Positions 19,975-29,075 of a stretch of DNA of 64,000 bases are shown piece by piece (the stretch's first letter is position 1; the number at the start of each line of letters is the position of its first letter). The notes beneath the pieces are model-generated. The model did no database searches and was not told the origin of the DNA. It saw only the letters and a list, made by a program, of their open reading frames with translations. The stretch is from Phycisphaeraceae bacterium (lineage in GTDB: Bacteria; Planctomycetota; Phycisphaerae; Phycisphaerales; Zrk34), in the NCBI GenBank assembly GCA_040905565.1, contig JBBDRF010000005.1, positions 32,001 through 96,000 of the forward strand. Direction: 5' to 3'. A program made the translations under genes and the position numbers.

Positions 19975-21642
19975 ATGCTCACTACCCTCCGCCTCCTCTC
20001 GCTGTTCATGCTGTTGACGTTCGCCCTGTTCGGATGCCAGCAGCAGCCCACGGAACTGCTCGGCATCGACCGGCCAAGCCAACCGCTGCGCCCGCTAAGC
20101 GACCAAGTCGTCACCGGCCAGTTCGCCTATCCCACAGGTGATGTGGAGACGGGCACGCTGCTCATCAGCAAGCATCTGCCCGGACAGGTGCGTGCCGGCG
20201 CACCGTTCGAGTACGAGATCACGGTGATGAACCTGACCGATGAGCCGATGGAAAACATCCTCATTACCGAGGAACTGCCGCCGTTTCTCACACTGCATGG
20301 CGGTGCGACGCTTAATCGTTTGGACGAACCCGCCATCGCAGGTTTCGAGAACGGCGATCAGCCCGGGCCCTCTGAAGCGGATGATGCGTTCGTCATTTAC
20401 TCGCCGCGTGAGGAGCCGGCTTTGGCCGACGAGATGGTCTTCGGCATCGAACGGTCCGAAAAACAGACCCAGCCGATCAGCGGCGGGGAGTGGCGGATTC
20501 AACGGCTTGAGCCGAACGAGATGCGCACGCTGCGCCTCGTCGGCGTCGCCGATGAGCAGGGCCTGGCGGAGACGCTGACCAGCGTGCAGGATGAACCGGC
20601 GATGACGCTGGCGATCGACGCGGTGGACCCGACCATCCGCATTGAGCGGTGGTCGCCGCCGATGGCCATGGCCTGCGAAACGATTCCCGTCTTCTATCGC
20701 ATCACGAACACCAGTGACGCCACGGTTTCGGAGATTCTGCTTGCCGAGACGCTGCCCGAGGGCCAGTTCTTCGGCGAGCGCGAAGACGAAATCACCATGG
20801 AGATCGGCGATCTGGAGCCGGGCGAGCAAGTCGAGTTTCGCATCGACACCTACGTCACCGAGCCCGGTGTCTATGAGGGCCAGGTCGTCGCCACCGATCG
20901 CTACGGCGTCTCGTTTGAATCATCGACCACCACCACGCAGGCGGTCGCTCCGGAACTGCAGATCGACATCAACATGCCCGACGAGGCCCACACGCAGCAG
21001 AACGTGCCGATCACCGTGGCGATCACCAATACCGGTAACGCAATCGCGGAAGACCTGCGTGTCCGCAGCATGCTGCCCAGCGATGTGACGGTGCGGCAGG
21101 TCAGCGATACGGGGCTGATTCGCAACAACGAAATTGAATGGGTCTTCGCCGCGCTCGAACCAGGGCAGACGGCGGAGTTGAGCCTGCAGCTCGCAGCCGC
21201 TCAACCGGGTGCGGTGCGGATGGTGGTTGTTGCGGACGCCGAGTGTGCCGAGGAGCAGACGGTCGCCGCCGCCACGCAGTTTCAAGGGGTTTCGTCGTTA
21301 AGGCTGGAACTCCGCGACCATGCCGACCCCGTTCCCATCGGCCAGCAGGAGCAGTACAGCATCACGCTGACGAATCAAGGCAACATGGCCGACGAGAACG
21401 TTGAAGTCATCGCCACCGTGCCCGACGAACTGCGACTGATCGAAGCGCTCGGCCCCGGCGAAGCGGAAATCGACGGCCAGCAGGTGCGGTTCACCATCAA
21501 CCGTCTGCGGCCGCGCCAGACGATCAGCCTCCAAATAATCACCGAAGCATTGCGGCCTGCGGACGTGCGCTTCGAGGTTCGCGTTGATAGCGACAATCTG
21601 ACCAGGCCTGTGATCACGAACGAAGCGACGAGGCTGTTCTAG
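19975..21642 (+). CDS. DUF11/OmcB-like repeat lipoprotein
   Basis: Lipobox LFGC; four Ig-like units with YEITVMN / YRITNT / VAITNTG / YSITLTNQG and L.PG motifs; DHADPVPIG as in OmcB-like proteins. Confidence 0.75.
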   Translation: MLTTLRLLSLFMLLTFALFGCQQQPTELLGIDRPSQPLRPLSDQVVTGQFAYPTGDVETGTLLISKHLPGQVRAGAPFEYEITVMNLTDEPMENILITEELPPFLTLHGGATLNRLDEPAIAGFENGDQPGPSEADDAFVIYSPREEPALADEMVFGIERSEKQTQPISGGEWRIQRLEPNEMRTLRLVGVADEQGLAETLTSVQDEPAMTLAIDAVDPTIRIERWSPPMAMACETIPVFYRITNTSDATVSEILLAETLPEGQFFGEREDEITMEIGDLEPGEQVEFRIDTYVTEPGVYEGQVVATDRYGVSFESSTTTTQAVAPELQIDINMPDEAHTQQNVPITVAITNTGNAIAEDLRVRSMLPSDVTVRQVSDTGLIRNNEIEWVFAALEPGQTAELSLQLAAAQPGAVRMVVVADAECAEEQTVAAATQFQGVSSLRLELRDHADPVPIGQQEQYSITLTNQGNMADENVEVIATVPDELRLIEALGPGEAEIDGQQVRFTINRLRPRQTISLQIITEALRPADVRFEVRVDSDNLTRPVITNEATRLF

Positions 21643-21710
21643 GACAGCTTCTGAGCGTCCATCAGCGGGGGGGCCGATGGACGCTCCGCACGTTCGCAAT
21701 CACACGGCAC

Positions 21711-21755
21711 AAGCAGCACTCACGACCGGGGGGAACGTGGGTGCTGCTTTTTTTT
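21711..21755 (+). terminator. Rho-independent terminator
   Basis: 14-bp stem AAGCAGCACTCACG / CGTGGGTGCTGCTT followed by a T run. Confidence 0.75.
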
Positions 21756-21784
21756 ATTGAAAACACGCACCAAAATCGCTGACT

Positions 21785-22035
21785 ACGAGCCGCGACCGTA
21801 AGGGAGCGGTTGAGTGCTGGGTCCCGACGTACGACACGTTGCCGTGTCTATGTTCGACGCTTGCGCCGTCCTTCGGATCGATCTGTGACGCCCAGCGCTG
21901 GTCCGCTCCCTTATCAGTCCTTCTCATCTGTTGGCGTAGCTCGTTGATTTTGGTCGGTAGCCCAGGACGGGTCGGCGTGTGCGGTCGGCGCGCAAAGTCT
22001 CAACGCACAACCGCTCCCTCACGGTCGCGGCTCGT
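21785..22035. repeat. REP doublet / MITE-like element bounded by 28-bp inverted repeats
   Basis: ACGAGCCGCGACCGTAAGGGAGCGGTTG (21785-21812) and its reverse complement at 22008-22035 (27/28 identical); partial internal copy CCGCTCCCTTA near 21903. Confidence 0.75.
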
Positions 22036-22058
22036 TACGCGGAACGCCTCGACGTTCC

Positions 22059-23039
22059 TCAGAGTTTTTGCACTTCGCCCATGTTGCGGAATTTTTCGTA
22101 GCGACGCTGGACGAGGTTCTGCACTTTGAAGCGTTTGAGCTCTCGCAGGTTCTGCACGATCCATTTCTCGACGTTCGCGGCCGTGGTTGTGGGATCGCGA
22201 TGAGCGCCGCCGTCGGGCTCCTGGATGACCTGATCGATGATGCCGAGCTTCAGGTTGTCCTTCGCGGTGAGGTGCAGCTGCTCGGCCGCCTCAGCCGCCC
22301 GCTCCCCGGTTTTCCAGAGGATCGCGGCACAGCCCTCGGGGCTGATCACCGAGTACCAGGCATATTGAAGCATGGCGATGCGATCGCCCACGCCGATGCC
22401 GAGTGCGCCGCCCGAGCCGCCTTCGCCGATGACGATACAGATGACCGGCACCCGCAGCCGTGACATTTCTCGCAGGTTGTAGGCGATGGCCTCGGCCTGG
22501 CCCCGCTCCTCAGCGCCGATGCCTGGGAACGCGCCGGGCGTGTCGATGAAGGTGACGATCGGCACGCCGAACTTCTCCGCCATCTTCATTTTGAGCATGG
22601 CTTTGCGGTAGCCCTCGGGGTGAGCGCAGCCGAAGTGGCAGGCGATCTTCTCACGCGTATCCTTGCCCTTGTTGTGCGCCACGATGAGCGCTTTGTGCGG
22701 GCCGATGCGTCCGAAGCCGGTGACGATGGCGGGGTCGTCGCCGAAGCGGCGGTCGCCGTGCAGCTCGCAGAAATCTTTGACGAAGGCGTTGACGTAATCC
22801 ACCGACTGCGGCCGCCCGGGATGCCGCGCCACCTGCACGGTCTGCCAGGGGGAGAGCTTCGAGTATGTCTTTTTCAGCAGGGCCGAGTGACTCTGCCGCA
22901 GCTTGCGGATTTCGGCGGTGATGTCTGAAGCCCCGCCGTTGGCGTGGGTCTCCAGCTCCGCGATCTGCTTCTCCAGCTGGATCAAAGGCTTCTCGAACTC
23001 CAACTGGTAGGAACCGTTGTATAAAGTAGCACTGGGCAT
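22059..23039 (-). CDS. accA: Acetyl-CoA carboxylase carboxyltransferase subunit alpha
   Basis: LEFEKP, VQVARHPGRP, ELHGDRRFGDD, IDTPGAFPGIGAEERGQ, SVISPEGCAAILWK. Confidence 0.97.
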   Translation of the reverse strand: MPSATLYNGSYQLEFEKPLIQLEKQIAELETHANGGASDITAEIRKLRQSHSALLKKTYSKLSPWQTVQVARHPGRPQSVDYVNAFVKDFCELHGDRRFGDDPAIVTGFGRIGPHKALIVAHNKGKDTREKIACHFGCAHPEGYRKAMLKMKMAEKFGVPIVTFIDTPGAFPGIGAEERGQAEAIAYNLREMSRLRVPVICIVIGEGGSGGALGIGVGDRIAMLQYAWYSVISPEGCAAILWKTGERAAEAAEQLHLTAKDNLKLGIIDQVIQEPDGGAHRDPTTTAANVEKWIVQNLRELKRFKVQNLVQRRYEKFRNMGEVQKL

Positions 23040-23139
23040 TGGGGGGTCTGCTCCGCGTCGCTCGATTGGTGCCGGCCCATGCGATACGATAGCCGGGCTG
23101 GGAAAAGTGGGGTCCATTATACCCGCAAGGGACGGATTT

Positions 23140-24015
23140 ATGCAGTCGCTTCATACAGGGCAGGTCACGATTGTCGGCACGGGGCTGTTGGGCGGGTCCG
23201 TAGGCCTGGCGCTGCGTGCTCAGGGATTCACCGGGACGATCGTCGGCGTCGGTCGGCGTGAGCAGACACTCGAGGCTGCGAAGCAGTGCGGCTGCATCGA
23301 CCGCGGCACCACAACCTTGGCCGAGGGCGTCGCCGATGCGGACCTGGTCATCCTCGCCACGCCGGTGAGTGTCATCCTTTCCGCGCTCGCCGAGATCGCC
23401 CCGGTGCTCAGCCCGGAAGCGGTTGTCACGGACGTCGGCTCGACCAAGCAATCCATCGTCGCCCGCGCAGAGGCGGAACTGCAACACCCCAGCCGATTCG
23501 TCGGATCGCACCCCATGGCAGGCGGCGCGCAGACCGGGCCCGAAGCAGGCGACGCCGACTTGTTCACCGGCAAGCCCGTCATCGTCACCCCCACGGACCG
23601 GACCGACGCCGATGCGCTGGAGCAGGTCGAGGGCCTTTGGTCGGATCTAGGGATGCGGCTGTCTCGCATGACGCCCGAAGCGCACGACGTCGCCGTGGCC
23701 CGCATTTCACACATGCCGCACGCCGCCGCGTTGATGCTCGTGAATCTCGCCAAGGCTGCGGATCTGGAGGTCGCCTCGACGGGATTTGAGAACATGACGC
23801 ATGCTGCGCTCGGCGACCCGAACATGTGGGCGGATATCTTTCTTGATAACGCCGAGGCAGTCACGCAGGTGCTCAGCGAATGGCGTGAGTTGTGGGACGG
23901 CTTTGAACAGATCGTCCGCGAACGTGACCGGGCCGGCATGCTCAAACTTCTCCAGAATACCCAGCAGACACGCCACAACTGGCAGCAGCAGCGCCGCCCC
24001 AACAGCGGTGCGTGA
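23140..24015 (+). CDS. tyrA: Prephenate/arogenate dehydrogenase
   Basis: GTGLLGGS Rossmann motif, TDVGSTK, FVGSHPMAG, HDVAVARISHMPH. Confidence 0.9.
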   Translation: MQSLHTGQVTIVGTGLLGGSVGLALRAQGFTGTIVGVGRREQTLEAAKQCGCIDRGTTTLAEGVADADLVILATPVSVILSALAEIAPVLSPEAVVTDVGSTKQSIVARAEAELQHPSRFVGSHPMAGGAQTGPEAGDADLFTGKPVIVTPTDRTDADALEQVEGLWSDLGMRLSRMTPEAHDVAVARISHMPHAAALMLVNLAKAADLEVASTGFENMTHAALGDPNMWADIFLDNAEAVTQVLSEWRELWDGFEQIVRERDRAGMLKLLQNTQQTRHNWQQQRRPNSGA

Positions 24016-24047
24016 TCGACGATCCCCAACCCGCAAGGAGTCACGCG

Positions 24048-24869
24048 GTGAAGTACGAACTCGGTGTCATCGGCGGCGGCAACATGGCCGAGGCCATCGT
24101 CAAAGCAGCGGTCGATCAGCAGGTCCTCGCAGCGGACCACGTTCTCGTTTCCGATCCCAGCGAAGCCCGCCGGGCGCTGTTCGCTGCGATGGGCGTGGCC
24201 ACGACGCAAGATAATGCGGCACTGATCGCCGAGTCGCAGCAGGTGATGCTGGCGGTAAAACCCCAGATTTTCGAGAGCCTCGGCCCGACGCTCACGGCGG
24301 TCGATTCCGAGCACCAGGTCGTGATCTCCATCATGGCGGGCATCTCGGCGAAGCGGATCGAAACGGCCATCCTCGGCCGGGAAGATGCGGAGGGCGGCGC
24401 GCGGGTGATCCGCGTGATGCCGAACACGCCGCTGCTGGCCGGTGCGGGGATGTCGGGCATCGCCCGGGGCGAGAACGCGTGGGAAGGTGACGAGCTGCTG
24501 TCGCTCCAGATCTTCCGAGCTGCCGGTGAAGCCGTCGAGGTTGAAGAGCCGCTGCTCGAAGCCGTCACCGGCGTCTCAGGCTCCGGCCCGGCGTACGTTT
24601 TCTACCTCGCCGAGGCCATGGCCGAAGCCGGCCGCTCGCTCGGCCTCACCGAAGACGTCGCCACGCTGCTGACCCAACAGACGATCCTCGGTGCTGCGAA
24701 GCTGATGATGCAATCCGAGGATGACCCCGCTGAACTGCGACGCAAGGTCTGCTCGCCCGGCGGTACCACCGAAGCGGCCATCAAACACCTCGACGCCCAC
24801 GAAGTCCGTCAGCATCTCATGCAGGCGGTGCACAAGTCCGCCCAACGCGCCCACGAACTCGGCAAGTGA
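24048..24869 (+). CDS. proC: Pyrroline-5-carboxylate reductase
   Basis: IGGGNMAEA, LAVKPQ, RVMPNTP, SGSGPAY, VCSPGGTT; GTG start after AAGGAG. Confidence 0.96.
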   Translation: MKYELGVIGGGNMAEAIVKAAVDQQVLAADHVLVSDPSEARRALFAAMGVATTQDNAALIAESQQVMLAVKPQIFESLGPTLTAVDSEHQVVISIMAGISAKRIETAILGREDAEGGARVIRVMPNTPLLAGAGMSGIARGENAWEGDELLSLQIFRAAGEAVEVEEPLLEAVTGVSGSGPAYVFYLAEAMAEAGRSLGLTEDVATLLTQQTILGAAKLMMQSEDDPAELRRKVCSPGGTTEAAIKHLDAHEVRQHLMQAVHKSAQRAHELGK

Positions 24870-24872
24870 CGT

Positions 24873-25754
24873 TCAGCCGTTGATGATCTCGCCGCCGTTG
24901 GGATGGATCACCTGCCCTGTGATGAACGACGCATCGTCCGAAGCGAGGAACACGTAAGCCGGGGCAACCTCCTCCGGCTCACCCGCGCGGCCCATCGGCG
25001 TGTCCGAACCGAACCGCTCGACCTTCTCATCAGGAAAACTCGCAGGGATCAACGGCGTCCAGATCGGACCCGGCGCTACACCGTTCACGCGAATCTTCTT
25101 GCTCGCCAGGTTGATCGCCAGCGACCGCGTAAACCCAACGATGGCGCCCTTGGTGGAGGCATAGTCGATCAGCATCGGGCTGCCGCGATACGCCGTCACC
25201 GAGGTCGTGTTGATGATGCAGTCGCCCGCCTGCAGGTGCCTCAGTGCATGGCGCGACATGTGAAACATGCTGAAGATGTTCGTGCGGAACGTGCGTTCAA
25301 GTTGTTCGGTCTCGATCTTCTCCAGCGACGGCTGGGGGAACTGCACCGCTGCATTGTTCACCAGCACGTTCAGCTTGCCCAACTGCGTCACCGTCTGCTG
25401 AACCGCTTCCCCGCAGAACGTTGGATCGGTGATGTCGCCCGCGATCAGCGTGCACTGACGCCCCGTCTGCTGCACCAGGTCACGGGTTTCCTCAGCATCC
25501 TCATGTTCATCAAAATAGACGATGGCGACGTCGGCGCCTTCGCGCGCAAAGGCGATGGCGGTGGAGCGCCCGATGCCGCTGTCGCCTCCGGTGATCAGCG
25601 CGACGCGGTCGACGAGTCGGTCGCAGCCGCCCCCCGCAGGGCTTACGTGCCGGGGCCGCGGCTGCATCTCCCCCTCCAGGCCCGGCTGCCGAGGCTGATG
25701 TTGCGCGGGTCGCTCACCTGAGTAGCTCGAAGCGTCGTCGGAATCTGCAGGCAT
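24873..25754 (-). CDS. SDR oxidoreductase, general-stress YdaD/YhdF-like
   Basis: QHQPRQPGLEGEMQPRP N-terminus, ITGGDSGIGR, LVNNAAVQ, DYASTKGAI, VAPGPIWTPLIP. Confidence 0.9.
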   Translation of the reverse strand: MPADSDDASSYSGERPAQHQPRQPGLEGEMQPRPRHVSPAGGGCDRLVDRVALITGGDSGIGRSTAIAFAREGADVAIVYFDEHEDAEETRDLVQQTGRQCTLIAGDITDPTFCGEAVQQTVTQLGKLNVLVNNAAVQFPQPSLEKIETEQLERTFRTNIFSMFHMSRHALRHLQAGDCIINTTSVTAYRGSPMLIDYASTKGAIVGFTRSLAINLASKKIRVNGVAPGPIWTPLIPASFPDEKVERFGSDTPMGRAGEPEEVAPAYVFLASDDASFITGQVIHPNGGEIING

Positions 25755-25967
25755 GAAGGCTTTCCTCGTTGGTGATGACGAACGGCACGCGCGCCTTCGG
25801 CGACAGCGGGTAACAAACGCCGTGCCGATCGCCGCCGGCTGATCGGTACTGCGTGCCACCCGTGACACACCCAACATGATCTGAAAGTTGCACAACGGCC
25901 GGGGCGATTGTTGCAACGGCGAAGGTCATGCCCTTCACCACGAGGGTGCCGGAGGCGGCAGGGACGG

Positions 25968-25982
25968 CGGCGCGTGATTTGC
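25968..25982 (+). promoter_or_regulatory. Possible sigma54 promoter for the PRC-barrel gene
   Basis: CGGCGC-N5-TTGC versus consensus TGGCAC-N5-TTGC. Confidence 0.3.
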
Positions 25983-26067
25983 AACACACCCCAGCAGTCA
26001 GTGCGGTCGTCGGCGTATGGAGTCGGCTGCACGCCAGAGAAACTCAGGGGGATAGGAGAAAGACCCA

Positions 26068-27924
26068 ATGAGAAGATTTCATCGTCCATTCGTGGCCGCA
26101 TTGGCCATGGGAGTGGGAGTCGGTGCCGCAGGCGCTTTCGCCCAGCAGCAACAACAGCCGCAGCAACAACAGCCGCAGCAACAGCAGCAACAACAACAAC
26201 AACAACAACAACAACAGCAGGTGCCCCAGCAGATGCGGCTGGCCACCGCCAACGACCTCATCGGTCTGGACGTTCAGAACTACCAGGGCGAAGACCTCGG
26301 CAGCGTCGAGGATGTCGTGCTCGACCAGAACCTGCAAGGCGGACAGATTTCTTACGTCGCTGTGCAGTTCGGCGGGTGGTTCGGCATCGGCGGCGACCTG
26401 CACGCCATCCCCTTCGAAGCTCTCGAATACAACGAGGCCGAGGAAATCCTTTTGCTGGACGCACGCCAGGAAGAACTTGAGCAGGCGCCCGGATTTGATC
26501 CCGATCGGTGGCCCGAACGTGCCGACCCACGCTGGCAGCAGGTCGATCAGTTCTACGGCGTCGAACAGGAACGCATGGACCAGCAGTTCGGCCGCGAGCA
26601 GCAGCAGCAATATCGCCAGCAGCAGGGCGTGCAGCAGCCCTGGCAGCAGAGGCAGCCGGGACAGCAGCAGCAGTACCGGCAGCAGCAACAATATCAGCCC
26701 CAGCCCAACGGCCAGCAGCAGTACCGCCAGCAGCCTGGTGCTCAGGGCCAGCAGCAGCCGCAGTATCAGCAGGACCCGTTCGCCCGGGACCAGTACCAGA
26801 ATCAGCAGCAGGGCCGGCAGTATCAGCGGCCTCAGCAGCAGCGGCAGCAGCAATACAACCAGCAGCAGTACAACCAGCAGCAGCCACAGCCTCAGCAGCT
26901 CAACCGCAACAGCCAGGACTACGGCCAGCAGCCCGGTCAGCGGCAGTATCAGCGCAGCCAGCAGCAGGGCCAAGGCGGTCGCGGCACCTACCAGGCGCAG
27001 CCCGGCGGACAGGTCGGTCAACAGCAGCAAGACCAGCGCTTCGGCCGTGAAGCATCACCCGGTATGGATATGTGGTCACGCCGACTCAGCGACCTCATCG
27101 GCACCAGGGTCGAAAACCAGCAGGGCGAAAGCCTCGGCCAGATCGAAGACGTCGTGATCGACATGGATCGCGGCGTGGCGGCCTACGGCGTGGTGTCCTA
27201 CGGCGGCACGCTCGGCGTCGGCGAAGAGCAAGCCGTTCTGCCATGGTCCGCCATCGACGTCGACCGTCAGCGCGAAATCCTGACCGTTCAGGCATCCCAG
27301 CAGCAGTTGGAGCAGACGTCGTTCGAGAACGTGGAACAGCTTTCCGATCCGCAGCAGGCGCAGCAGATTCACCAGCAGTACCAGGCGCAGCCGTACTGGG
27401 AGATCTTCGGCATGCCACGCGGTGCCGGTCAGCTCGATCCACAGCAGCTTCAGGGCTGGCAGCAGCTTGACCAGCAATACGACGCTGAGCAGGAAGAAAG
27501 CTTCCAGGGCACCGTCGAAACCATCGGCACGTTCCGTCCGGAGCCCGGTGCCGCACCAGGCGTCCGCTATCGGCTCCGCACGGAAGACGACCGCACGATC
27601 ACCGTTTACGCCGGGCCTCAGCAGTTCCATCGCCAGCTCGAACGGCGTGAGAACATCGAGATTCAGCGTGGCGACCAGATCGAAGTCACCGGCGCGCCCG
27701 CAGAAGTCGGCCGTCGCACCGTGCTGCTTGCTCGCGAGATCAGCAAGGAAGGCCAGACCCTGCAACTGCGCAACGAACAGGGCCAGCCCGAATGGCAGCA
27801 GATGCAGCAGGGCCAGCAGCAGCAGCAGCCCGGGCAGCAGCAGGGCCAGGGCCAACAGCCCCAGCAGCAGCCCGGGCAGCAACAGCGTCAACAGCGCCAG
27901 CAGCAGCCTCAGCAGCAGTTTTGA
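26068..27924 (+). CDS. Secreted Gln-rich protein with two PRC-barrel domains and a C-terminal OB-fold-like domain
   Basis: Signal peptide ending AFA; PRC barrels at DLIGLDVQNYQGEDLGSVEDVVLD and DLIGTRVENQQGESLGQIEDVVID; poly-Q and Q/Y/P/G linkers; C-terminal GDQIEVTG...LQLRNEQGQPEW domain. Confidence 0.85.
   Translation: MRRFHRPFVAALAMGVGVGAAGAFAQQQQQPQQQQPQQQQQQQQQQQQQQQVPQQMRLATANDLIGLDVQNYQGEDLGSVEDVVLDQNLQGGQISYVAVQFGGWFGIGGDLHAIPFEALEYNEAEEILLLDARQEELEQAPGFDPDRWPERADPRWQQVDQFYGVEQERMDQQFGREQQQQYRQQQGVQQPWQQRQPGQQQQYRQQQQYQPQPNGQQQYRQQPGAQGQQQPQYQQDPFARDQYQNQQQGRQYQRPQQQRQQQYNQQQYNQQQPQPQQLNRNSQDYGQQPGQRQYQRSQQQGQGGRGTYQAQPGGQVGQQQQDQRFGREASPGMDMWSRRLSDLIGTRVENQQGESLGQIEDVVIDMDRGVAAYGVVSYGGTLGVGEEQAVLPWSAIDVDRQREILTVQASQQQLEQTSFENVEQLSDPQQAQQIHQQYQAQPYWEIFGMPRGAGQLDPQQLQGWQQLDQQYDAEQEESFQGTVETIGTFRPEPGAAPGVRYRLRTEDDRTITVYAGPQQFHRQLERRENIEIQRGDQIEVTGAPAEVGRRTVLLAREISKEGQTLQLRNEQGQPEWQQMQQGQQQQQPGQQQGQGQQPQQQPGQQQRQQRQQQPQQQF
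26144..26220 (+). repeat. CAG/CAA trinucleotide tract encoding poly-Gln
   Basis: Mixed CAG/CAA run including about 9 consecutive CAA codons, interrupted by two CCG. Confidence 0.85.
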
Positions 27925-27976
27925 TCGACGCTCAACGAGCGTTGACGACTGCATGACAATTTAAGACTTCCAGGCC

Positions 27977-28041
27977 GGGCGAGGCTCGGCGGCAGACGCG
28001 TCTGAACACCAGGTGCCGAGCCGCCGACCCCGCCCTTTTTT
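27977..28041 (+). terminator. Probable intrinsic terminator (long loop)
   Basis: GGGCGAGGCTCGGCGGC ... GCCGCCGACCCCGCCC followed by TTTTTT. Confidence 0.5.
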
Positions 28042-28059
28042 GGAAACCGGAGGGCCGCC

Positions 28060-28359
28060 ATGGGCAAGTGGTCAAACAAAGACGAACGTCAGTACGAGCA
28101 CATCAAGGAGAGCACTCAGGAACGTGGGACCGATGAGGGACGCGCCGAGCAGATCGCCGCTCGCACCGTAAACAAGCAGCGGCGTGAAGAAGGCCGAACC
28201 CCCAAGATAACAACCGAAGGGACAGGCAATCCGAATGTACCTTTAGAAAGCCGCAGCAAACAGGAACTGCTGAACCTGGCACGCGAAATGGATATCCATG
28301 ACCGCAGCAAGATGGATAAGGATACGTTGATCGACGCCATCCAGAAGCACCAACATTGA
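28060..28359 (+). CDS. Small stress-type protein with a C-terminal Rho-N-like helix-extended-helix motif
   Basis: KDERQYEHIKES...IAARTVNKQR and SKQELLNLAREMDIHDRSKMDKDTLIDAI; GGAGG RBS. Confidence 0.75.
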   Translation: MGKWSNKDERQYEHIKESTQERGTDEGRAEQIAARTVNKQRREEGRTPKITTEGTGNPNVPLESRSKQELLNLAREMDIHDRSKMDKDTLIDAIQKHQH

Positions 28360-28405
28360 ATCCACCGGATCACGCTCACGACTAACCAACCAAAGGAGTC
28401 CAGCG

Positions 28406-28912
28406 ATGGTACTTCCTGCAAACGCGGACCGCGTGCAACGCCACACGGATCCAAAGCTGAATCGGCAGATCGAAGAAGAGACGAACTATCGAATCACCTA
28501 CTACGCGCACAACACCGACGAAATCGATGCACGCCTGCGAGAACTCGACCAGGAGTGGAGCATCGAACGCGCCCTCCAGGCCAACGCAGCCACACTCGCG
28601 CTGACCGGTATGTGTATGGGGACGACGCTCAAACGGCGCTGGTATTTGCTGTCGGCGGGGGTGATGGGCTTCCTGCTTCAGCACGCGATCCAGGGCTGGT
28701 GCCCGCCAGTGGAAGCCTTCAGGCGACTCGGCTTCCGCACACCATCGGAGATCGAACAGGAGCGGTCGGCGCTGAAGGCGCTGCGTGGCGATTTCGATAT
28801 CGATCCGCCCCGTGAAGACAATGTCAGTCGCCGGGCCGAGCAGGCGATGGCCGCGGTCCGTCGCCACGCTGAACCGCGAGGCTACGACGCCACAGCCGCC
28901 CCACCGACGTAA
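28406..28912 (+). CDS. DUF2892-like membrane protein
   Basis: ELDQEWSIERAL, TM segment, QHAIQGWCPP...RRLGFRT..EIEQERSALKALRGDF; AAGGAG RBS. Confidence 0.78.
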   Translation: MVLPANADRVQRHTDPKLNRQIEEETNYRITYYAHNTDEIDARLRELDQEWSIERALQANAATLALTGMCMGTTLKRRWYLLSAGVMGFLLQHAIQGWCPPVEAFRRLGFRTPSEIEQERSALKALRGDFDIDPPREDNVSRRAEQAMAAVRRHAEPRGYDATAAPPT

Positions 28913-29075
28913 GACGGAACACCTCGAAGACATTCTGCCGACAGGGTTGCCACTGGTGGTTCGACCACCAGTGCTGCTCTGCCGGTGTCGCTCGATCGCA
29001 GACGGCTCGAACAGCTGCTTGTGCCGACGTGGTAACATGGTTGTCTGGGGTAAGAACCATTGGACCGGTGGCACC

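Noticed and set aside
21839..22129. 96-aa ORF inside the inverted-repeat element
   Set aside because: No transposase motifs; TTG start without an RBS; overlaps the accA 3' end.
26044..27030. Leu-rich antisense ORF and poly-Cys/Ser/Ala alternative frames
   Set aside because: Direct consequence of the CAG/CAA repeats in the Gln-rich gene.
26580..27030. Repetitive DNA considered as a possible CRISPR array
   Set aside because: No constant repeat with unique spacers and no cas genes; it is coding low complexity.
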